NCBI RefSeq assembly: GCF_006345805.1
Contig: NC_042997.1
Span: 167,896,001 to 167,960,000 of the forward strand
Reading direction: 5' to 3'
Length of the DNA stretch: 64,000 bases
From: Octopus sinensis
Taxonomy: Eukaryota
The notes below the pieces were generated by a model, which saw only the letters and a list, made by a program, of their open reading frames with translations, was not told the DNA's origin and searched no databases. Shown in pieces: positions 43,301-56,063 of this stretch (position 1 is the first letter of the stretch; every line of letters starts with the position of its first letter). The position numbers and the translations under genes are program-made.

Positions 43301-45074
43301 CTCTGTCCATTTGCAGGATCTTTAAGCTTCCAGACCCTTCTCCTCCAAGCAGGTCTTCTTCTGGACAACCATTTAGCTCTGATCCTGAAGTCGCTAACTA
43401 CTAATCTATGTTGAGGAGTGCATTCTTCGCCTGGAAAGGTTTTGGCATTTATAATCAGCCCTCTTTCCCTTTTTCTGGCAAGGATGTAGTCAATCTGGCT
43501 GGTGTGTCTGCCAGAACGGTAGGTGACTAGGTGAGAGGAGAGTTTCCTGAAGTTGGTATTGCAGACCATAAGGTCATTTGCATCGCAGAACTCCAGCAGC
43601 CTGGTTCCCTCCTCATTACGAGAGCCGAAACCGTAGCCTCCATGGACGCCATGGAAGCCCCCGACATGCCGTCCGACATGTCCATTGAAATCACCTGCCA
43701 CGAAGAGAAGGTCACTGTCATTTGTCAACGAGGTAGTTCGCAATAGGGTGTCATAGAATTGGTCTTTTTGTCCTTCCGGTAGCCTTGGTTGAGGGGCATA
43801 TGCCGAGATGATGGTAACTGTCCTGTGGTGAAGGACTAATCTAATTTTAATTACTCTGTCACTTACTCTGACTACCTCAATTACCTTACCTACCCATTTC
43901 TCTGCAAGAAGTATACCCACACCTCCGACCCCGTCAGTGTTCCCTGCCCAGAAAATCTTGTACCTGTGTTCCTTGCCTGTGAGGAGCCTAGCGGAACCTC
44001 CTCTCCACCTTACTTCCTGGATACAACATACATCCACACGCCTCCGTTCAAGCAGCTCTACAATCTCTCCAGACCTACCTTTCAATGTGCCAACATTGAG
44101 TGTGCCAACTCTGAGGGTGTGGGAGGTGTGGGCATCTGAGACCCTGGGATGAGGGGCAGCCGTGTCATGTACCTGAAAAGAAAGCTTGCATTTGGCAGAT
44201 TTCATATGGAAACACTAGACTACAACCTGCATACATTTCACAATTTTTGCGCTATATGATCAGATAAACCCTACATAGGTGCTAGTGGGGTGGGGGTAGT
44301 TAAGTAAGACAGGGGTAGAACTTCCGGTATTTTGGTAGAAACTTCCGGTATTGGTGGAGGGGTTGGGAGGGCGGGCGAGAACATAGAGGCAACTAGTTTG
44401 AATATTATATTTAGGGGAAAATAATTAGATAGATGAAAGAGAGCCAGAGAGAGAATGAAAATAAATAATAAATACGGTATGATAATGATACGAGGGGGCA
44501 ATATTTTGAGGGATAATGGAATAAACAACGAAGATGGCACTGAAAGAAACGGTAAACTTTAAAAGAATGCATTGAAGATGCCATGTTTTAGCGAAGGGAA
44601 ACGAAAGGGGAACAGATTAGGGTTATCTAAACAAACGCTTAAAATATGAGAGTAGCAGTTGAGGTTTAAAGTCTTAACTGGCCATTTTGAAAATCTGTCT
44701 TTTCTATATATATATATATATATATATATATGACGGGCTTCTTTCAGTTTCTGTCTACCAAATCCACTCACAAGGCTTTGGTCGGCACGAGGCTATAGTA
44801 GAAGACACTTGCCCAAGGTGCCATGCAGTGGGACTGAACCCGGAATCATGTGGTTGGTAAGCAAGCTATTTACTACACTCGTACGCCTATTACTCATAAC
44901 AAAAAATAAATCCCTCAATCTTTACTATTGTGTATATCATCCTTTATTTTATATGGATTTTATTGCTGAATGCTAACTATTTTCCAACATAGAATTATAC
45001 TAGGTTAAATGTTGTCATATAAACATAATCAACACATTGGTAATTTCTTTAATGTATTAAACAGTTGATCATGT

Positions 45075-45115
<41 letters not shown>

Positions 45116-48100
45116 TCTCTGTTGTAATCTACTGGATCTTTGGTTGTGCTTCTGCAGGGACCTAATTGACGATTTAGAATGGAGATTTTTATTGACTGGT
45201 GGACTTGCTCTTGAAAACCCTTATAGTAACCCGGCTTCAGATTGGCTACCTGAGAAAAACTGGTCAGAAATTGTACGATGTTCTCAGTTATCTTCTTTAC
45301 AAACATTCAGGGAACATTTTACAAACCATGTAAGTATATTCACTCTGACATTTACTTTGTAATATTTAGTCCTACTCAGTCCTGACTGAACTAACCAAGG
45401 ATGAAAGACATCCTAGTTTGTACCATCCCATGTTTTTATTAAAACATATGGAATTTGCATCACCGATCTGGAATCCCTATCTTGCCCAGGATATTAATCG
45501 TCTGGAAACTGTTCAGTGACGTACAACCAAGAGAATACCCTCCATCAGGAATTTGCCAAATTCTGAACACCTTACTTCCCTGGGCATGGATACATTGAAA
45601 CTCCGACGTCTGGCAGCTGACTTGGCAGACACCCTTAAAATTATTAACCATCTTACAAACAATAACTCTGAGCACCTTTTCAAACTCCACCTGTCTAACA
45701 CCCGTGGACATGTTTACAAAGTCTGAAAACAGCACAGCTCCCATGACTTTCGGAAACATTTTTTCATGCTAAGAGTTGCTGAAGTATGGAACAAACTGCC
45801 GACATCAGTTGTTAGTTGTCAGAGCACTGTATCCTTCAAAACTTCCGTGCTTCCTGAAATTCACCAACACTACCCCTGATTTTCTCCCCTCCATACACAC
45901 GCAAGCATGTATCTGACTAATACACTGTTCGCTTTCCAGACATTTGTACATTACTGCATATGCTTTATATGCACTTTTATCAAGTTGTGGTGCACCTGAG
46001 CACTATATACAATAATTTCATTATTATTATATCTAGAACTATATTATTATCCATTGTAGGCTGTTATTTGAGAGAGATCTGACTGCTAATTCTAGCATAG
46101 GAGTACCACATGTTTCGTGTGTTGGTAAATGTGTGTGTGTGTGTGTGTGTTTTAATATATGGGCTATTGATAAATAAGAAAATGTAAATTAATGTGTGAG
46201 AGGGTGTGTATTAATGCATGTAAGTATGTATATTGATGTAATACATAGGATGTGTTATCATTGTGAGAGAAGGTGAATGCTAGTGTGTGAAGGAATGTGT
46301 TAAATGATGTGAGAAATGATGTATATTGATATGTAAGTGGGTTTGTATTTGTATCTTTGTATTAATATATGAAAGAATGTGTATAAATATGTAAAAAGAA
46401 GGTATATATTATGTGAGAAGATATGTATCAAAGTGTTCAAATATATTGATATACAAGAGGATGTTTAATAATGTTTTTATAACAATGTTTCAGTAGTGTA
46501 CCAGTGTATGGAAGGAAGGATGTATAGTATTGAGTGAAAGGAAGGATATATATTATGTGACAGGAAAGATGTATATTAATGCATGAAAGGATGCATAATG
46601 ACATATAAGCAAATGTATACTTGTTAGTATATTGGAGAAAGGTTATGTGTTGATGTGTTTGAGGATGTATGTTATTATGCAGGAGGGTGTTGTTGTTTAA
46701 ACCCAGGTCAAAAACGATTGATAAAACTTAAGATCAAAGGTGTTCCAGCCTTAAATATTTTTATGTTTGTTGGCATAATATATCAGGGACTATAAGGTGG
46801 TGAGCTGGCAGAATCGTTAGCACACTGGGTGAAATACTTAGCAGTATTTCGTCTGCCGTTACGTTCTGAGTTCAAATTCCGCCGAGGTCGACTTTGCCTT
46901 TCATCCTTTCGGGGTCGATAAATTAAGTACCAGTTACGCACTGGGATCGATGTAATCGACTTAATCCGTTTGCCTGTCCTTGTTTGTCCCCTCTGTGTTT
47001 AGCCCCTTGTGGGTAGTAAAGAAATAGGTATTTCATCTGTTTTTACATTCTGAGTTCAAATTCTGCCGAGGTCAACTTTGCTTTTCATCCTTTTGGGGTC
47101 AATAAATTAAGTACCAGTTGCATACTGGAGTCAATCTAATCAACTGGCCCCCTCCCCAAAAATTTCGGGCCTTGTGCCTAGAGTAGAAAAGAATATATCA
47201 GGGACTACATGATTCAATGCATCTTTCCATTTTTTAAAGACAACAGACTCTGATTTCAGAGAGATTTAGTTGCCATCTTTAGCAGGGGGGACTGCATAGT
47301 GGCTCTCTTGTTGGCTCATGCAGAAGGATGTGCATTGATGCAGTGGGTGGTATGTAATAATGAGTATTAAAATGTATTATGTAGATGTGTGTGTTAATGG
47401 GTGTTTACAATTGTAGTTGTATTGAGCAAATAGGTGTTTATAATTGTATGGCTGAGTAAGCAGATGTGTATAGAATAGGAGGTTTTTCACCTGTGCGATG
47501 TATGTATAAGTGAATGTATTTTTACACATACAGGCATTAGTTTATCTAATATACTTTTGTTTCAGTTGCAAGAATGGAAAGCAGTCTATGACTCCCCACA
47601 ACCACACCAAATGAAATACCCATCTCTCTCTGGAGAGGAACTGACACAGCTTCAAGAACTCTTAGTTCTCCGTTGTCTTCGTCCTGATAAGGTAGACATA
47701 TTTCATCATCATCATCATCATCATCATCATCGTTTAACGTCTGTTTTCCATGCTAGCATGGGTTGGACAGTTCGACCGGGGTCTGGGAAGCCAGGAGGCT
47801 GCACCAGGCTCCAGTCTGATCTGGCAGTGTTTCTACAGCTGGATGCCCTTCCTAATGCCAACCACTCCGTGAGTGTAGTGGGTGCTTTTTACGTGCCACT
47901 GGCACAGGTACCAGGGGAGGCTGGCAACAGCTACAATCGGTTGTTGCTTTTTACATGCCACCAGCACGGAAGCCAGTCAAGGTGGCGCTGGCATCACCCA
48001 CGTACAGATGGTGCTTTTTACGTGCCACTGGCGCAGGTGCCAGGGGAGGCTGGCAATGGCCACGATCGGTTGGTGCTTTTGGTGCTAATGGCCTTCAAGC

Positions 48101-48617
48101 TAAACCTTCCTCATTTTTTTCATTTGCTTTTTGTTTCACCTTTTTTTTATCATTATCTCTGTTTTTCCCTCTGTCACAGTATTACTTCTAGTTTGATTTT
48201 GATATCTTCACTATTCTATCATAACAATTTATTTAGTTTCACCCCTGTTACATCATTACCACTGTACCCCACACCCAACTTATTATTACCTCTAGTTCTC
48301 CTCTATCACAAATGTAGATCTGGCTTGCCCTCATTACACCATTACCTCTGGTGTAAATTACTCCTTCATATCTGTAAACTCTTTACTCTCTCTTTTACTC
48401 TTTTACTTGTTTCATTCATTTGACAGTGGCCATGCTGGAGCACCGTCTTTAGTCAAGCAAATTGACCCCAGGACTTATTCTTTCTAAGCCTAGTACTTAT
48501 TCTAGTGGTCTCTTGATGTAAACACACCAGCATCGGTTGTCAAGCAATGTTGGGGGGACAAACACAGGCACACAAACATATACACACACATACATATATA
48601 TATATATCATCATCATA

Positions 48618-48685
<68 letters not shown>

Positions 48686-51600
48686 ACGGACTTCTTTCAG
48701 TTTCCATCTACCAAATCCACTCACAAGGCTTTGGTCAGCCCGATGCTATAGTAGAAGACACTTGCCCAAGGTGCCATGCAGTGGGACTGAACCCGAAACC
48801 ATGTGGTTGGTAAGCAAGCTACTTACCACACAGCCACTCCTATGCCTGTATCCTTCATATTTTCAAGCTCTTTCACAGTGTTCTTTCATATCTTTGAGCT
48901 CTGCTATGTACCTGCCTGCCTATCATCACCATAATAACCACCATCATCATTGCAACTAACATCACTGCTCACCCCATCATCATCATCACCACCACTATCA
49001 TCCACACAACTACTATAACTGTTTCTTATTCACCAGATGATCCCAGCTATACAAAAGTTCATTCAACAGAGGATGGGTCAGGCTTACATTGAACCAACCA
49101 CATTTGATCTGTCAATCAGCTACGAAGAGTCCAGCCCACAGACCCCACTCATATTTATACTGTCCCCTGGAGTGGACCCTATGGCAGCACTCTTCAGATT
49201 TGCTGAAGACAAAGGTAGGTTTCTTTCTGTGTTAGTTTTGTGAGTCAGTGATGTCTACCATCATCAGCAATATTGTTATTATTGTCGTTGTCACCATCAT
49301 CATCATCATCGTCATCATTACCATCATCATCATTACTTCTGGTAAAGAGCTTCACAAGCAACTGAAAAACTTCTTGTATCTATAAGGAAGTTTATATATA
49401 AATGCCGGATAGTTTATTATATTAGCCATGATATGAGCCACTGTCAGCAGTTGGAACCAACGAGGAGGCCTCTACATGGTTGCTTGACCTGTTAAAGAAA
49501 GCAATCAAATATCAAAAATTTCCCACTGTTAGATATTGTATTATATCTTGAAAAAAGACAGGATGGTCATAGTAGGAATGTCTTGGTTATAAAACTGGAA
49601 TATCTTTGACTAATAATCTTAGATGTACCTGATAAATAGATGGAGTGGTCAAGGCTGGAACACCTTTGATCATTGGTCTGCTCGATCAAGGTAGAAATGG
49701 AGTTTAACAACAACCAGCTGATGTCTACAATGAAGTATACAGATTTATGCCTTGGTATGTTGTAAATCCTTAGATTGATTTATATATTTTGTTGGAGAAT
49801 TTAATAATTTTCTTTTCTTTTGAATGTGTAGGAAGAAGTAAAGGGCTCCAAACCGTCTCTCTTGGGCAAGGACAGGGACCAATTGCTGAACAAAGAATAT
49901 TAGAGGTATGTAGAGATATTTTACCTTACTTACTAACTGCAATGTTAATACAGATCAAACTATACCAGCTGCTAAACTTCATTCAGCTACTAAACTTTGA
50001 TATTGGTCAATTAACTCACAAGTCATGAATTCAGATCCACCGTAGGTTCTACATTGTAATGCTTTTCGTATGCAAGCCGGCAGGGCTCACTCATAGCACT
50101 CTAATTTTTTCACAATAACATTTATAATCCATAAATGTGTGTATGTGGATATAATCTTCTGTCCCTGATAACTAATGTTCATTTCTTTGTTGTCAGGCTA
50201 CAGAACAAGGTACCTGGGTTGTCTTGCAGAACTGTCACCTGGCTGTTTCCTGGTTTGGACAATTGGAAAACATCTGTGAAACAGTAAGATCTTTTTAATA
50301 AGAAATCAATGCTCTTTTTCACTTCCTTGTCTTCTCTTTCTCTTTCTCTTCTTCTATTCATTTCATTCTCACATCCATGACTTTTCAAAACATGTTTTCA
50401 TACTCAGAATTGTTGAAGCATTGAATAAATTATCCACTTCAGAACACTGCATCCTTCAGAAATTCCATGTTTCCCAAAATACACCAACACTACACCTGAA
50501 GTGCTTATGCACTCTTTCCTGTTCATGGCTCTTTTACACTTCACTTTTCATGGGCAGGAGTTGGGGTTGTGTGTTATTAAAAATGTGCGTTCACCATCAT
50601 ATAGCTATTATTGCTGTGTTTATTAATTTAATCTATTGCTGCTTTTTGTTACCCCTTTTATCCTTTTCTGTTAACTGATAGTGCACTTGAGCACAGTATA
50701 CAAGTTCCTTATAATATCATCATCATAATCATCAACCTCATGGAATCCCTCTTAATTAAAGTACCTATCTAGCAGGATTTTTAATTAGGTAAGGTATTGC
50801 AGAAGTCAGTACTAATATTGGCCAAGGTGGATAGGGCGTCTATGCTTCTAAGATTGAGTAACTGGATTGGCTTCCTGTTATCTTCTCCAAGCCCATAAAT
50901 GACCTGAACTCAGTGCAGCAAAGTTCCGGTAGATATAATCCAACACTTGGTTTAACACCACCATCTAACATTTGGTTACTTTGAACAGAGAGTTTTCAGA
51001 CAATGTCTCTAGTCTGACTATAACTTGATGATAAGAATAAAATGAACTCAAGACAACAAATCTGGAGAAAGAGAACAAATAAATGAGCCCCAGTATTTGA
51101 CCCATATTTATTCCCATGAAGAAGCCTCTATGCAGAGGCTCAACCTGTTAGACTGACCAGAGCTCACTCAAATCATAGCCACACTATATACTATGATACA
51201 CATACTCACAAACAGCATACTGCACTATACACTATACATACATACAGACACCATATACTAGAACACACCACTAACCTTAGTACACACACTTTCTACATTG
51301 CACAAACATTCGAGTGTGATCGTTACCAGCGTCGCCTTACTGGCACCTGTGTCGGTGGCAAGTGTAAAAAGATTCAAGCAAGGTTGTTGCCAGTACCGCC
51401 TGACTGGCCTCCATGCTGGTGGCATGTAAAATCACCCACTATGCTCTCAGAGTGGTTGGCATTAGGAAGGACATCCAGCTGTAGAAACTCTGCCAGATTA
51501 AGATTGGAGCCTGGTGCAGCCATCTGGTTCACCAGCCCACAGTCAAACCGTCCAACCCATGCTAGCATGGAAAGTGGACGTTAAGCAATGATGATGATGA

Positions 51601-52386
51601 TTACACCACACATTCCACAAACACACTAATAAATACCATATGTATTACATTCCACGCATGCACGTAGGCTCACATCACACATACACACACATTTTACTAC
51701 ACAGTTCATTATCACAGATCCACTATCCAGCAAATAAACTGTTTTGTTGTATGTATATAGGTCCTCCAAAACCCAGCACACACAAAAGAAAGTTTCAGAC
51801 TCTGGCTGACAACATACCCATCATCACAGTTCCCTGTCTCTGTGCTACAGAACAGCATCAAAATCATCAATGAGCCACCAAAGGGTCTGAGGGCAAAACT
51901 GTTGCAGTCATATTTAAGCAGTCCTATAGCAGAACAGCAATTCTTTGAGTCTTGCAACAAACCACAGGTGAGTAAAGATTACATTGTTCTTTTATCAATC
52001 TTGGGATCATCATCATCATCATTATTAGTGATATGCAGATAATTGTGGACAATTTTCAAAGCAGTGTTAAGGTGGTGGGGTAGCAATGCCTTTTTGGGAT
52101 AAAATCTACAAGCATGGCTTTGTTGGGATTGCAGCAATAGGAGCTACCTGATATCTCTCTTTTACTCTCTTTTACTTGTTTCAGTCATTTGAGTGTGGCC
52201 ATGCTGAAGCACCGCCTTTAGTCGAGCAAATCGACCCCAGGACTTATTCTTTGTAAGCCTAGTACTTATTCTATTGGTCTCTTTTGCCGAACCACTAAGT
52301 TACACGGACATAAAACACCAGCATCGGTTGTCAAGCGATGTTGGGGGGACAAACACAGACACACAAGCATATATATACACATACAT

Positions 52387-52439
<53 letters not shown>

Positions 52440-53346
52440 CGACAGGCTCCTTTTAGTTTCCGTCTGCCAAATCCACTCACAAGGCTTTGGTTGGCCCGAG
52501 GCTATAGTAGGAGACACTTGCCCAAGGTGCCACGCAGTGGGACTGAACCCGGAACCATGTAGTTTGTAAGCAAGCTACTTACCACACAGCCACTCCTACG
52601 CCTGATATATGGAAGATAACATCACTTTCGGTATGTATTCACTGCCACTGCATTGATAATTTATGGATTTTTGTAGAACAACTCTCAGTGTCTGTGGAGA
52701 AATCCCATAAACTCTTGTACTTATTCTCCACTGCATCCTTTGGCTTGTGCTCATCCAACTTTTCCTTTGCTTCAAATCTACAAACTAGGTAAATATCCCA
52801 ACACACTCTTTTACCACCTGCATTAATGCTCTTTTTGCACTAGTTTATTGCATTCATTTAGATGGTCAATACTTTTGTCCTCTTTTCTGAACATTCTGCA
52901 GGTTTTATTCATTCATATACAGCAGATGTTTTATTGTCACCTTCATCTTAGCAAACTCATAGACAAGAACTAGCAGTTGATTGGGTGGGTTGTAAAAAAG
53001 TATATGATTATATACCACACTACTAGCTTTTGGAGTACCTGAGGCCTCTTGGGATAAATGAGAAGATAGCTGGGGTTTTTTTTTTTCTTAGAAAAAATAA
53101 TGGGATCATGGAGAAGTAGAGATTAAGTGCAAAAGTAATTAATTAGGAAATGTGAAAGTACGGAAGAGAATATTTCAGAATGACTTGCTCTCTTCATTAC
53201 TTTGTGATTGTGCCGATTCCTCTAGAATAAACTATTGCATCCTTACTGTTAAGTGGGTTATTTAAAGTAAAGTGTCTAGTGATAAAATACAAACTGAATA
53301 GTCTTTTATTAGTAGTCTGATACCCTATCAAATTTATAATCTATTG

Positions 53347-53377
<31 letters not shown>

Positions 53378-54254
53378 TACCTTTCCCTTTCCCTCTAATT
53401 AAATATAATGAAGAATTGTGTTTTATTTGTATGTGGATTTATTGCAGGTGTTTAAGAAACTTTTGTTTGGCCTCTGTTTCTTCCATGCCCTGGTACAAGA
53501 GCGACGCAAGTTTGGAGCCCTTGGCTGGAATATTCCATACCAGTTCAATGAATCTGATCTCAATGTTTCTATACAGCAGTTGCAGGTATTTATATTTTAC
53601 ATAATAAGATTAAAGAAAATACCTAGGGATGTCTGTTGCATAAAAAACAAATAGTAAAATGACTCTAACATACTTGTAGAAACCAAGAAATTTCAATTAA
53701 TTAAAAATTTTCCATTTGTATGATCAACAAAAAAGCAAAACAATCTGAATGATTAATTTTGATCGAAAAGGAGAGACAACTTTGGAATTTTGAAGGGCAC
53801 AAAGCCATATTAAAACAATGCTATTTGAAAGTAATGAGACAAAGGAAACTACAGGACAAAAAGCTTAGTTGCTATATTGGTCATAGTAAGAACCACTTCA
53901 GAACCTCTTATCCAAAAGAACAAGAAATACTTGACCAGAAAACAAGAAAGGAAAGTAATGGTGACCAGCTGAGGTGACAAGAACAAACCCATTTCCAAAG
54001 TACCATCAGTCAAAAGTTTGGGGATGGCAATAAGAATCAGAAGTGCACGTATCAGTCACTAAGGAACATATTCAACTGGTTAAGGTGAAGCAACTGACAA
54101 GCAAATCTATGGTGTTGAGCAGAATATTTGCTGTGGCCCATCTTTTATACCAAGGCAAAACAATGTACATGATAACACTTCCAATCAGTTAAGATCAGAA
54201 GCCATGAGAGCCACTTCCTAGTATTGCATCAGAGCATTCACTTTATTATAATTA

Positions 54255-54304
<50 letters not shown>

Positions 54305-56020
54305 GAGTGAGAGAGTGGTGCATACCATCAAAGAGACACTGTGGTAAAATATACGAAGCCCAGTATACCCATCATGATTACCCATCTGATAAGGATACAC
54401 TAGGCACATACATCACAACCAAATGTGTGCAACATAGTGATCCCATATCATGATAAACAGCACATGACCTTGCAGGTGGGGACCAGTTAGAATTTTCTTC
54501 AGGTCGAGTAGCCCATCCCACTCCAAAGGTCCCTGAATAAGGGTTGTTTAAGGATGATGAACAAAACACCCATGTTTCCAAAGGCGAATTATCCAAACCC
54601 CAAAGAATTCCTCTTATCACATGGCTATGATGCACCCCCATTACTTCTGCTCATGATCAGAGATGTACATATCATCAGCCACTAAGGGATATGCTCAACT
54701 GATTAAGGTCAAGCAACTGACAAGCAAATCTGTGGTATTGAGCAGAATATTTGCTGTAGCCCATCTTTTATACCAAGACAAAACAATGTACATGATAACA
54801 CTTCCAATCAGTTAAGATCAGAAGCCATGAAAGCCACTGCCTAGTACTGCATCAGGGTATTAAGATTATTATTATTATTATTAAATGTACCTAGTGTCAT
54901 ACAAATGGCACCATGCCAGTAGCATATAAAAGCACCCATTACATTCTTGGAGTGGTTGGCATTAGGAAGGGCATCCAGTCATAGAAAAGCATACCAAATC
55001 AGACTGGAGTCTGATGCAGCCTTCTAGTGTGTCAGCCCAGTCAAACAATCCAACCCATGACAGCATGGACAACGGACATTAAATAATAATAATGATGATG
55101 ATGATGTTGTTGTTGTTGTTGTCGTCATCGTCGTCGTCACCGTCGTCATCATTGTTGTTGTTGATAGGGCAGTGTATTAGCTGAATCATTAGAGCACCGA
55201 AAAAAATGCTTTTTAGTATTTGTTTTGTCTCTTTATTTTCTGGATCCCAAATTCCCCTACGGTCAACTTTGCCTATCTTTTTTTCAAGGCCAATAAAATA
55301 AGTACCATTCAAGTACTGTAGCCAATGGTCTCACCTTGACCCCCTTTTCTCAAAATTGCTTACTTTGTGCTTAAATCATAAACAATTATTATCAAGGGCA
55401 GTAGATTGGTAGAGTCATTAGTCAGACAAAATGTCTTGCAGTATTTATTCCAGTTCTTTACACTCTGAGTTCAAATCTTGCCAAGACCAACTCTCGTCCT
55501 TCTGGGGTTGGTAAAATAAAGTACTAGTTGTTGTTGTTGATAGGGCAGTGTATTAGCTGAATCATTAGAGCACCGAAAAAAATGCTTTTTAGTATTTGTT
55601 TTGTCTCTTTATTTTCTGGATCCCAAATTCCCTACGGTCAACTTTGCCTATCTTTTTTTCAAGGCCAATAAAATAAGTACCATTCAAGTACTGTAGCCAA
55701 TGGTATCAGCTAATCTCCTCCAAAATTGCTGGTATTATGTCAAATTTTGAAACCTTATCATTATCATTTTTATTATTAAGGTGGCAAGCTGGCAGTATTG
55801 TTAGCACACCAGGCAAAATGCTTGGCAGTATTTTGTCCATCTTCACATTCTGAGTTCAAATTCTACCAGGGATGACTTTGCCTTTCATCCTTTCAGGGTC
55901 AATAAAAAAAGTACCAATGAAACACTGAGGTTGATTTAATCGACTAGTCCCCTTCCCCAAAATTTCAGGCCTTGTGCCTTTAGTAGAAAAGATCATTATT
56001 ATTATTATTATTATTATTCA

Positions 56021-56063
<43 letters not shown>

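Larger units (their letters stand above)
40341..44704 (-). mobile_element. Near full-length RTE-clade LINE (APE endonuclease plus RT) with three frameshifts
   Basis: ORF pieces 44205-42190 ([36 protein letters not shown]), 42236-41673 ([14 protein letters not shown]), 41740-41558 (FRYLG) and 41561-41100 ([22 protein letters not shown]). The 3' UTR ends in (GAT)n and the element is bounded by (TA)n on both sides. Confidence 0.95.
40051..44887 (-). mobile_element. SINE family A split by the RTE LINE (halves 40051-40340 and 44705-44887)
   Basis: The 3' half ends in (TA)n at 40340; the head resumes after (TA)n at 44705 as tgacgggcttctttcag. Confidence 0.88.

Noticed and set aside
41164-43746. 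Plus-strand ORFs overlapping the LINE
   Set aside because: They are antisense shadows of a GC-richer coding region with no recognisable motifs.
44160-44190. Splice acceptor (tttcttttcag) near the LINE ORF start on the minus strand
   Set aside because: No convincing upstream donor, and the ORF is open through the site.
42190-44205. Host gene of the 'craniofacial development protein 2-like' kind
   Set aside because: The APE domain is followed by RT and a LINE tail, so this is a retrotransposon ORF.
47557-48423. 288-aa ORF as a novel gene
   Set aside because: It is exon 23 read through its GT donor into an antisense retroposon and low-complexity sequence.
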